DNA of 64,000 bases, taken from NCBI GenBank assembly GCA_963693365.1, contig CAVNZM010000001.1, positions 1,210,562 to 1,274,561 of the forward strand, read 5' to 3'. Positions 1 through 10,549 of this stretch are shown here, piece by piece. A model generated the notes under the pieces. It saw only the letters and a list, made by a program, of their open reading frames with translations. It made no database searches and was not told where the DNA came from. The stretch comes from Amoebidium appalachense (taxonomy: Eukaryota > Protista > Ichthyosporea). The stretch's first letter is position 1, and every line of letters begins with the position of its first letter. The position numbers and the translations under genes were made by a program.

Positions 1-61
1 CCCCTCCTCCCTTCTTCTTTACTACGCTCATAGGGTAGGGAGGTGTAGATTCTACATAGTT

Positions 62-119
62 GGGGGTGGTCTAGTTATTTCTACTCGCCCCCTCTCCTCT
101 ACTTCTAGTCTAGGCATGT
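62..119 (+). repeat. Left terminal inverted repeat (inner copy); 1-18 is the tail of an outer copy
   Basis: gggggtggtctagttatttctactcgccccctctcctctacttctagtctaggcatgt is the imperfect reverse complement of 6716-6776. Bases 1-18 (cccctcctcccttcttct) exactly match the reverse complement of 6729-6746. Confidence 0.85.
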
Positions 120-2429
120 ATAGCTAGGTGGGGGAGAATTTAGAAATTGGTGTCCGGGGGGAGCTAGGTATTATCGGGGGGGTTAGGTATTATTCGGGGG
201 GTACTAGGTATTATAGTTAAACCCTTTTTACATAGAGAACAATTTCAGCTATTTACAATATACAAAAGTTGTTACATGCACCTCCTTTTTAAGAAAAAAT
301 GAGTATCTTTTATATTGATTTTATTCACCTTTGTATCTTTAGTTAGTGAGTGATTTCAATACTAAGCTCGTCCTAAATGGTAGGAGACTTTCCGGGTCAG
401 CTAGCTTCCGGGGGAGCTAGGTATTCGAGCTAAACCCTTTCTACATAAAGAACAATTTCAGTCATTTACGAAAGATAAAAGTGGTTACATTCACCCAAAA
501 ATACTACTTATTCCTGTATGATCCCAGTGCGAGTTGCGAGTCCTAAACTAGCTTATCGTCGTATCATGACAAGAGCATAAGACTTTTCTCTTAGCGAGAA
601 AGCTCAGAAGAGACTCTTGCTTAACATTCTTCTATCTCCTATATTATGTATCCTTTATTCAATGAAAAATATTTCTAACTCAATAGCACCAATTAAGTAG
701 AGATAAGAAAAAATTTTGAAAATTTATTTTATCCTGATACCATTTTACACATATTACAATCTTGACATGTAAAAAAGATGATGCCCATTAACAGGAGAAA
801 ATTATCCGAATACATGATCTAGATTATGGGACTATAATGCTAAACCTAAACCATAGGCTTAAACATAATAAACATGAAAGCATTAGTATCTTCTTATACG
901 ATTTTACTTTTTTGATAATAGCAGACATTCCAGTATTAGCTGAAGTCTATCCAATTGACGCTGAGAATTTAAAATGAGACATACTAGATACACCTATTAA
1001 TACTATTACTGAAAACTCCACCCAGTTTTATAATCTGTTACGACAAAAAATCTAATCCTGAATTAGAATATCTTAATTCCATACCAAAGAACCCAACTCG
1101 GGAAGTTCATATTACTTTAACCCAAATACTTTAAAGCGGTGCCTTAATTGGGACTCTAATAAGGATTCGAAGGGACAGACTTCTCTATGTAAACTAATTT
1201 CATATTACATATTGAGATTCTACTGGTATTAGATTTTTCTATTCAGCAGTCACCATATTCTTTATCTACCTTGGCCTATTAATGCTTTTGCATAGTTAAT
1301 TTAGTGGATCTGCTCTCAAAGATAGTTAAAGTATTATTATGTAATCATGCAGATATCCAATTACTAACTAAAGAAATCTCTTATCAATTATCGTCTATTC
1401 ATCACAATTATAGTATATTTAGAGCCTTTAATAAATTTTCTCATTAAGAATCGTATACTCTTGCCGTGAAACTTGTTATCGAAAAGAGTTATTGGTCATT
1501 TCTCCTAATAGAGAGAAAGCGTTGAGTACTTGTAGAGTAAATAAAAGGTGCTGAGATAAAAACTATTATAAATGTAGAAACAGCTAATGATAAATAGGTT
1601 TAAACTCTTACTATAAAACGCTAAGTTCTATCACTCCTCGAGCAAGAACTTGTCGCTAAGATACATAATCTTATATTTTTGTCCTGAGACGGCAAAAACT
1701 CTAAAGTTGATCAATTGACGCTAATATTTTTAATGAAGCACTCTAGTTATACATGGTAATTTTATTATGTTACATAGGTATAAATTTGATAATGTTATTC
1801 TCGCTAGATTATTATTGTGCAATAAACATATATACACCCAAATATGACATCCGAATTTTTACTTAACATTTAGACAAATATTCAACTCTTAAAGTCTTCA
1901 AAAATTTATGACATGCGTATCCGGGACATAGTACTAATAAGCCCCCTAAATAATGACCCATACATTAGTACCAATAATTAATAACCTAGGCTAAACCACT
2001 AATGACCCGTGTATATGATTTAAGAGTCCCTAGTAATACATTAAACTCTAACATGACAAAAGCGCAATGAGTAGAGGCTGAGGTTAAATGAGTATATAGG
2101 TCGATTATCGCCGTATATTTAAGAAGGGCTACTAAATGTTTTTGTACACCTAGGACTCTTCCTCCATTTGATCCTACGTAATGATGTTGTGTTATTGTTT
2201 AAAATAATCTACTGAAACGTTAGCAGCAAGATGAATATCTAATGAGAGTGTTTTAGCTGAATAACTTACTAATTCAATTATTAGTAATAAAATAAGCTAA
2301 AGCCATTAGAGCTTATAGTAGTATTTGAGGAAAGATTGCTCTCTAGTTCAAATTTTACCCGCACCCTGTTTTATTAGTATCTATTATACGAAAAACCTAT
2401 TAGATTTTAATTCTAAGATTAAGCCAATA

Positions 2430-2840
2430 TTAAATAGGAGAATAAATTATTAATAAATTCCGAGTCCAAGTGACGAGATTTGATTTATTACCCGAGTAAA
2501 AAGAATATAAGTAGATGATAGAAGAATATAAAAATAAATAATAGAAATGTAATAAGCTCTGTGGAGAGACTAAGAATAAACAGATAATAGAAGATAGAAT
2601 AGAGAAATAAGAATAATGGAAAAATGCATAAGAATAAAGAAATGATAGAGCATAGGAAGAGAAAAATAAAATTAAGTAGATAATAGAATGATAAAGAAGT
2701 ACATAAGAATAAATAGATGATTGAATTTTATGGGGATAAGTGTTAATAAATAGATAATAATAACTAGCCTCTTTACTAGGAGAGGTAAATTTAATATTAA
2801 ATAATTCATTTAAGATGATGTAAAAGGGGTTTAGAAACAT
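2430..2840 (-). CDS. Hydrophobic mitochondrial ORF, weak TatC/MttB-like resemblance
   Basis: 136-aa F/Y/L/I/S-rich ORF overlapping the rps4 3' end. LNPF..IL....IKFTSPSKEASYYYL loosely recalls the TatC (I)FTSPxEAFxxY region. May be a compositional artefact. Confidence 0.2.
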   Translation of the reverse strand: MFLNPFYIILNELFNIKFTSPSKEASYYYLFINTYPHKIQSSIYSYVLLYHSIIYLILFFSSYALSFLYSYAFFHYSYFSILSSIICLFLVSPQSLLHFYYLFLYSSIIYLYSFYSGNKSNLVTWTRNLLIIYSPI

Positions 2841-3501
2841 AAGAGTTAAAAGAAGAAGGAAGAGTAATTAAAGAGGCAGTAAGAGAACGATAATTCACTT
2901 CTAAATAAAAGGGTACGAGGCATAAAGAACGTAAGTGAGTTTTAAAAGAAGGTAGACCTCCCTTAGAAACCGGGGATTTTAATAAACTATTAACTCTATT
3001 AAACTTAGAAAGATAATTTTTAATATTATGTTTGATAATAGTAGGATTTAAAATAACATGTACTATATCTCCTTTTTGTAAAAGAGAACTAGGCTTCTTA
3101 ATGATAGAACCATTAACAGAAAAATAACCTTGAGATACAAGTTGTTTAGCAGAATAAATAGAAGTAGCTCAATGTAATCGATAAATTATCACATCTAAAC
3201 GTCTTTCTAATTGACAATATAATGGATTTAATTCTGTCGCACTATACGCCATACGTTTTAAAGCTATTTCTGTAATCCCACCATAATAATGTTTCATTTC
3301 TTGTTTTGCTTTTCAAAACATTTTTGATTTTTCACTAACACTTTTATCCTTATGACTTAATTTTCATAAGATTGTGTTTAGATTTTTAATATTTCTTTTA
3401 TTAAATGACATTTTTATCACTTCTTTTCTATCACTAAATTTTCTACTTCTATTCATTCAACTATTTTTCTTTACACTATATTTTAATTGTACTCTACTCA
3501 T
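2797..3501 (-). CDS. rps4: Mitochondrial ribosomal protein uS4m, 234 aa, genetic code 4 (UGA=Trp)
   Basis: Hand translation from ATG 3501 to TAA 2797 is open if five TGA are read as Trp. Motifs: MSFNKRN, WKAKQEMKHYYGGITE, S4 core LERRLDVIIYRLHWATSIYSAKQLVSQGYFSVNGSIIKKPSSLLQKGDIV, and PFYLEVNYRSLTA. Missed by the ORF track. Confidence 0.95.
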
Positions 3502-4067
3502 TATTTTTATTTGTATAATTTATATAAATCAATTAACTTCTCTTTTTTCTTTCCTAAGATGGTTGGCGTATAGTCTCGGAAACTAATAAATATTTCATTT
3601 ACTTTGATATTCTACTAATTGTATCTCATGTACATTATTACTCCTATAATAATATTCATACTGCTCTAAACTCCGATAATTCCCACTACTTTAACAATAA
3701 TAACTCGGAGGGACAGACTCCTCGGTGAAACTAATTTTACATTACAGATTTAGATTTTGCAGATTTAACACTCTTCCATTAAGCAGCCATCATACTTTAG
3801 TCTACCTAGCCATATTACCGCATCGGTACGGTTAATTCAATTTTATAGATTTTTACTCCAAGACAGTCAAAGCATCGTTACGTCTTCATGCTGGTCTCTA
3901 ATTAAAGGATAAAATTTTTCCTTGATTCATTATTCGAGTAAGGTTAAGAATTATACCTTATTAATCGGAAAAGATTCCTATTTTAACCGCAATGCTGGTT
4001 TACATTAATAACCCAGATAAACTAAACTGGATATGAAAATACAGATAAAGGTTAGAAATATAAACTT

Positions 4068-4230
4068 ATGTAGTCTCATACTTGAGTAGAAAGTTACTCC
4101 ATAAACAGAATCTGCAATCAGGAATAAAGCTTAATAATATTTCCATTTCTTGTAATCCTGTGAATATTAACCCTAATCTTTGAATTGTTTCTGTTACTTC
4201 TCAGAATTAAAGCATTACGTGCTTTAGTAA
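4068..4230 (-). pseudogene. cox3: Degenerate cox3 fragment
   Basis: Reads LGLIFTGLQEME/YY*ALFLIADSVYGVTFY...LH with a frameshift and a stop, matching Cox3 LGxxFTxLQxxEYxxAxFxIxDSVYGSTF. Confidence 0.7.
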
Positions 4231-4767
4231 AATAGCCAAATTCTGAATAAAGATTGTCTCAACTTAAGCCCTTTCAATCTTTACTGCTGTAATACTAATT
4301 GAATTATTATGGTATAAATCATCAGACTATTTCATCTAAATATACTTTTTAATTACATCCTTACCTCATTTACATTTTTCTTCTTTAATAGTACAAGTTT
4401 GGTACCTACGTAAATCTACGGAACTTTCGCGGTGCTCCAACCTACAATATTAATATTTGTAACATGAAACTCTAATCATTGAGTTATATCAACTATTGGA
4501 GTGATGAGAATAAAAGATTCGGTACCTACGGAAATCAACGGAACTTTCGCGGGGCTCCAACCTTCAGTTGTTATTACCAAAAAGGGATTCCTTATTAACT
4601 TGGCTAATTCTCAAATATTAATCTTTGTGTTAGTACTCATCTAAGGGCTTGGTACCTAAGGAAATCGACGGAACTTTCGCGGGGCTCCAATCTATAACCT
4701 CAGAAAATTAAAATTTTGCTTTCAATCATTTGAGCTACAGAGTTAATATGAGTCCCTAAGAGAATAT

Positions 4768-4875
4768 TGGGATTCCTAATTCAACACTAATTAATACTGA
4801 GAAAGTTATCCCTAATAATTATCCAAATGCACCTGCTCTAATATACATTATTTCTATATCATTATGATGTGTCAG
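4768..4875 (-). pseudogene. cox1: Degenerate cox1 N-terminal fragment, copy 1
   Basis: Reads THHNDIEIMYIRAGAFG*LLGITFSVLISVELGIP versus Cox1 TNHKDIGxxYxxxGAFxGxxGTxFSxLIRxEL. Confidence 0.75.
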
Positions 4876-5279
4876 AAATAATTACTTTTATGCTTATGAT
4901 ACCATCTTTGTTCTTCCTACTCAGATAAATTATCGGCACTTTAAAAATTAAAAAGCCTACAATAGCAATAAGACAGGTCAAGATCTCACGATTCAGACTG
5001 ATGGAATTAGTTCTCCCTAGTCAAACAAATGGTGAAAGACTGCTATGTAAGTAAATCATAAGAAAGCTTTCTTCTTTTACACATTCGGCTACTGACTGAT
5101 TTAAGGTACTAACATTGAGGACACGTCATGTACTATACTTTTTCTTACGAGTATGAGATACACTTTATTGTTGATAATACCAAATGTTAATCGAATAAGT
5201 ATTATACATCATTAAACCTCTAGTTTAGAAAAGCAGTTATAGGACTATAAATCAAAACTAGCTTAAGCTCACGATTAAG

Positions 5280-5400
5280 AGAATAATATCTCTTCAATAC
5301 AGCTCTATTGAATAGTAAAACGTATTGTTTCGCGAATAGTCTCGGAGGAGTCTACTAATAGAAATGTTTTATCTATTTTGATTCCCTCCTGATTGACCTG
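5280..5400 (-). pseudogene. Possible group I intron core remnant
   Basis: Minus strand has aatcaggagg (Q-like AAUCAGCAGG) followed by tcctccgagactattcg (R-like UCAGAGACUAYA). No convincing S element. Confidence 0.35.
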
Positions 5401-5605
5401 CACTTGGTGTCAAGAGCTGTTGTACTTTGTTATTGTGACGACTAGGTACCAAATAACAAAGTTGTAGATTTAAGATTATCACTCTTAAAGAGTACTTAAA
5501 TTTTTAGGTTGTCTCGGCATATAGCTAAATTAATTATGGATCATTTGTGTTAGTTACACTTACCGCACTGGGTTCTCCTAAATCAATATGAATAACTAGT
5601 GTCAT

Positions 5606-5712
5606 ACCTAATATTAGTAATTCAATTCTAATTACTACGCAGAAAGTTGTTCCTAATAATCCTCCAAATGCATCTGCTATAATATACATCATTCTCATAC
5701 CTTTATTATTTC
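5606..5712 (-). pseudogene. cox1: Degenerate cox1 N-terminal fragment, copy 2
   Basis: Reads NNKGMRMMYIIADAFGGLLGTTFCVVIRIEL and aligns at DNA level with 4778-4860. Confidence 0.7.
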
Positions 5713-6715
5713 CTACTAATTGAGTAAGTACGGCACTCTAAATCTTAGAGAGCCAGCTAGAGTATTTAAAGAGATTCCTTCCTAAGAGAATAGTCTTATG
5801 CTCTTATCAGCACGATACGACAAGCTCGTGGAGTACTAGCACCTACTTTTTACAATCATATTTCTCTATTCTTAGAGAACGATAACCATAGTACTTCCCC
5901 TTCATTACATTTAAGATTTATAATAGTTCCAAATCCTGATTTGTTAAATCTCCAATCTGCAGATTCATCACTTCTACATCGGAATTTTTCAAATTGGGAC
6001 CTCACCATAGTCCATCTTTTCTCTTTCCTACTATTGAATAAGTTAATTCAATTCCTATGGTATTAATAACCTAATACTATCTTATTTCATTGCCTTTAAT
6101 ATTCTTATTAATTGCCTAAACTGGAGTACCGCGAAAGTTTCGTAGATTTCCGTAGGTACCAAATTATAATTTGTTTAAACTCCAATCTCAGATTCATCAC
6201 GCCTGTATCCTGAATTTAAACCAAATTACCCTTATTTTCTTTTATAAATATGTTAATAACAACTTAAGATTCTTAAACCTAATTATGATATACTATAATT
6301 TCAATTTTCAAGATCGTCAGTCCCGAAATTTAAAACCAATTTACTCTTATTTTCCCGTATAAACTGGTTAATTACAATTTAAAATCCTTATTGATTTCAT
6401 AAAATCCATTCCCTCATATGCTAAAACTCCTATTTTTAGACCCGTCCCGTCTGTATCAAGAAATTTTAAACCAATTTACCCTTATTTTCCCTCATAAATC
6501 GGTCAATAACAATTTAAGATTACGATAAAACCTAATGTATTAAACCTCCAATATGTAGATGCGTCACTTCTACATAGGAATTGTCAAAATTGGAACCCCA
6601 TTTTCCAAAAATGACAATTTTCCAGAATTTTGACAATTTTCCAAATTGAGACCTCCATTTTTGGATTTTGACATCTTCTGTATTTAGGATTTGTATTTTC
6701 ATCTTATATCGTGAC

Positions 6716-6776
6716 ACATGCCTAGAATAGAAGAAGGGAGGAGGGGGCGAGATGAAATAACTAGACTGGGCCCCCC
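6716..6776 (-). repeat. Right terminal inverted repeat
   Basis: acatgcctagaatagaagaagggaggagggggcgagatgaaataactagactgggcccccc, an inverted match to 62-119 and 1-18. Marks the end of the AT-rich block. Confidence 0.85.
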
Positions 6777-7145
6777 GAACTCGTCACCAAGGTTCGTGCC
6801 AAATTATTTGGTGCCAAATTTATTTGGGGCATAAATGGGTCGGTTCGAACTATTATGGGTCGAATCAGCTCGAATCGTTGCTGACCCGTTTTCTGACCCG
6901 TTTTTGTGGCTCATCGTTGGTGGCGTCTGATTCGAGGAATAAACTCGAAAGGCGGGCTAAGCAAGACCACGTCAACCACGTGCAGGTGGTGGCGTACTTG
7001 AACGGGCAGTCACAGCCTGGACTGGCAGTTGACAGGTGTGACACAGCGCTAGCATCCTTATCATATTGCAGTAGGCTCATATAAAAATAATAAAAACAGA
7101 CAACACCCTTTCATGCTCGATCATAACTGACAGTACATATTTTGT

Positions 7146-9677
7146 GTGAGCATGGGTTACAAACATGCTCGCGTCCGCATTGGACGTGGGCAAGGCCATT
7201 GGGCTTTGCTGAGGATTCTCGTTCATGTTATCCTCGCCTTTTGTCTTTTGGCTGCAGCGGGTTCAACAAACAACCCAGATGGGGTGAACAAAAAAGTCAT
7301 TAAGGAAAACAAATCTTGGTCTAAAGATCATGCCAAGCTGGAACAGCCATTCGTTGCACAGTACATTGATTATTGCATAGCGGATCATGAGGACTCTGTC
7401 GAAGCTGGCACGTGCCCTCCCCAGCCCTTCCTCAGGGATTGGGTGTGGCATCAAACCCGTCATGGCGGCCGGATAGATGCATCTACAGCGGAGGGAGTCC
7501 ATCAGGTGATTCCCCCCCCCCCCCCCCCTCCCCCCCTCTCTCCCCACCACCCCCTGCCTCTTTTCCACTTTTTCTCTCCCCCTCCCCTGTCTCTCTGTTC
7601 TGGGCCTTACAGGTGGTTCCTCCGTTTTAGAAGTTGTTTTTTATGTAATACGTTAGGTGTGTCCTTTTGCATCTTGTGGATACCAATGCCTTCACCGCTC
7701 AGGCCTTCCCTTGCACTTAATCTTATGGACCTTTGTGCCTCTCCCATGATCTGTTTGGCATGGCATGTTACACAGCAGAAGCTTTGGCGGCGCAAAGTTT
7801 CTTACAAACCCTCGTCATTGCAGATGATTGTTCCTGCAGTTTTCATTTGGGATCCGCAATCACATTTTCACCATGGGCGGCGAGAGCTGTTGTGCCCCAC
7901 GGACGGGTGTGCCGGTACCAGGCTAAAGAAGAACGGGTGGACTGACAACGCGAAAAACCCTCCTAGGTCAGTGTATGACATGAAAGGTCAAACTCTTATA
8001 GTCAGTCGTGTGTATTGTTGCAACAAATGCAGCAGATGCTTCCGTGGGCACGATCCCAATTTTCTTAGCCACCTGGATACCCATTTGAATGGACTCTTTC
8101 CTTTCTACCTCACCAGCCGCGCGGGTGCTAGCCGGGCAGTAGTGAACCAAATATGTCATTTGGTTTGGAACGGCCGTGGCTTTTTGGGTGTAGAGGAATA
8201 CTTTGATAGCCGATATGAAACGGAATACAATCAAATGCGACTCGCGGTTCTTACACAACAATGCTCGTTTTTGGGAAGGTTTGCCCCCGCCGGTCAAGCT
8301 TCAATGCTGGACCATATAACACACGAACGCACCAGTACTTCCCTAATGCCAGAGCGCAGCGACATGTTCCATTACCACCGACCATCCGATACGTATATTG
8401 CCGATTTGTATTTGGCGGTTTTTGAGGGCCATCTGAAAGAGCCCATGACGGCGGCGATGGCAAATATACCCTGCACCCAACTATCGGCAGACCATACCTT
8501 CAAAGTGAGCATGAACATAGGTTACCTTTCCGGCGATGAGTGGGTTCAGCAATATACGGCCATGTTCTGTGTTCTTAATGAACACGGTCAAGTAGTTTCT
8601 TGGCAGTTTGTTAACAAGGAGGGGTTTGAATACGTCGAGACAGCATTACGACTGCTTCAGCAGAGGTGTGTGCGGCTCGAAACGGAGATTTCACACTTTT
8701 ATATTGATAATTGCTGTAAACACCGGGAGCAGATAATCACAATATTCGGACCACAGTGTATTGTTAAATTAGACCCGTTCCATGCAGTTCAGCGAGTGAC
8801 AAGGGCCATGTCCAAGCGGCACGTGTATCATGGACCTGCATCCGGGGCCTTTGGTAAAGTTTTGCGTGCACCCGGAGATAATGGTAAGCATCGGACTCTG
8901 CCGACCCCAGAGCCGGCCGTTATTGAATCGAACATACACCACTTTCTAGAGGTGTGGGGAGGGGTGCATGATAAGGATGGGGTTGCTGTTGTAAATGCAG
9001 AGGCTCGCGCCGAAATTAATTCCCTTCTGGTCCATGTTCGGAAAGGCTGCCTAAGTGGCATCCCTGTTGGGCGTGGCACCGGGCAAAATGAAATTTTACA
9101 TCGCCAACTTCGCACACATGTCAAGGGTATCACGCGTATGACTGCACGAACGGCACTTTCGATTTTTGTTCCACGTTTCAATAAATACAACCACAAGCGC
9201 GACCCCAATGTTGCTAGCACCCATGCCGAACGCACGCGCCAGCGGGGCAGGGCAGCACCCGATTATCTCGTCGCCCCTACTGCGGATCACCTTCATGGTG
9301 TTCTTGTTTTTGGCCGGGGCTACCAGCGCGCACCACTCCTTCTTCCACACGAGGAGCCGGAGGTATTTGGCTGTGGGGTAAATGTCACTCGCCGTCAGGA
9401 TTCTCGTCAGCCAGCCGCGCGGGTGGCTGCAGCGCAGGCAGCGTTGGATCGGGCCCCAGAGGCTATGATGTGTGGGTGGTCCCCCCCTCTAGTGTGCGCC
9501 TCCCATTTCCTTCTTCACCCTTCCCCCCATCACCTCCTTTCCCTTTACTCGTTCCCTTTGTTATAAATTTCCACATCACTACCACCCGGCACTCTGATTA
9601 GTCGCTGCTTCCCCCTAGCCCCCCCCCCCCCCCCCCCCCCCCTCCCCCTCTTCTCCTCATGCAGGGCAGAGCGACCC

Positions 9678-9709
<32 letters not shown>

Positions 9710-10071
9710 ACACAAATGGACTCTAATTGTGTTGCGTCCTCGCTTTATGCTGCCTTTTCTGCTTTGGCTTGCCTCTTATATGTTGCTATCACCCGATAGG
9801 GTGTGTGTGGCAACGTGTTCCATATGTTTTGTGTGACCATTCTGTGCAGTGTACCCACTTAAAGCCCACTCCTCCGCTTTTCCCCCTTCCCTCCCTTCCC
9901 CTTTAAGCATACAATTAGTCAAGAGGCAGTACAGGATAGTGGGTAGAGAGTTTCTGTGTGTCACGGTGTATGCCTGTGGGTGTGTGCTTGTCTGTGTGTG
10001 TGTGTGCCTGTGTGTGTGTAGTGAGTGTGTGTGTGTGTTGACTGTGTGTTTGTGTGTGTGTGTGTGTGGAC

Positions 10072-10108
<37 letters not shown>

Positions 10109-10518
10109 TTGTGTGTGTAATGTGGGTGGGTGGGTGGGTACAGAGAAGGGGGAGAGGGGGGGGGGGGGGGGGGGGGGGGGCGTGTATGTGTGTGCCTGTG
10201 TGTGTATGTTAAAGACAGGGGGAGGGGGGGAAGGGGGAGAGGTCAGGGTAGGGAGAAAGGGAGGGAAGGATGGGTGGGTGGGAGGGTTGGAGGGAAGGAG
10301 GGAGGGGGAGAAAGGGTAGAGGGAGGGATGGCGGAAAAGACAGAAAGAGAGGGGCAAAGAGAGGAGGGCAGTCGGTAAAGAGGAAGGGCGGGAGGGTGGG
10401 ACGGAGAGGGAGAAGGGGGAAGTGGAGAATTAGGCAGGGGGGGGGGGCCGAGAGCAAGAGGGGGGGTGGGGAGGGTGTGGGCGGTGTGTGTGTGTGTATG
10501 TGTGTGTGTATGTATGTT

Positions 10519-10549
<31 letters not shown>

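Larger units (their letters stand above)
4401..6160. repeat. Dispersed 40-bp repeat, 4 copies
   Basis: ggtacctacggaaatc(a/t/g)acggaactttcgcgg(g/t)gctcca at about 4401, 4521 and 4651, and inverted at about 6122-6160. Confidence 0.85.
1..6776. other. Mitochondrial-derived segment (NUMT or assembly join) resembling a complete linear mitochondrial chromosome
   Basis: Strongly AT-rich with an abrupt composition change at about 6780. Contains a UGA=Trp rps4 and cox1/cox3 fragments, with inverted repeats at both ends and short subterminal repeat arrays (155-215, 220-500, 6210-6520). Confidence 0.88.

Noticed and set aside
3374-3586. 70-aa hydrophobic plus-strand ORF
   Set aside because: Antisense shadow of rps4.
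4401-4692. Three 40-bp repeats with 80-90 bp unique spacers, CRISPR-like
   Set aside because: Spacers are too long, a fourth copy is inverted 1.4 kb away, there are no cas genes, and the context is mitochondrial.
1-6776. RIP-mutated DNA transposon or Polinton/viral insert with TIRs
   Set aside because: No transposase or polymerase remnant. The intact UGA=Trp rps4 and cox fragments indicate mitochondrial origin.
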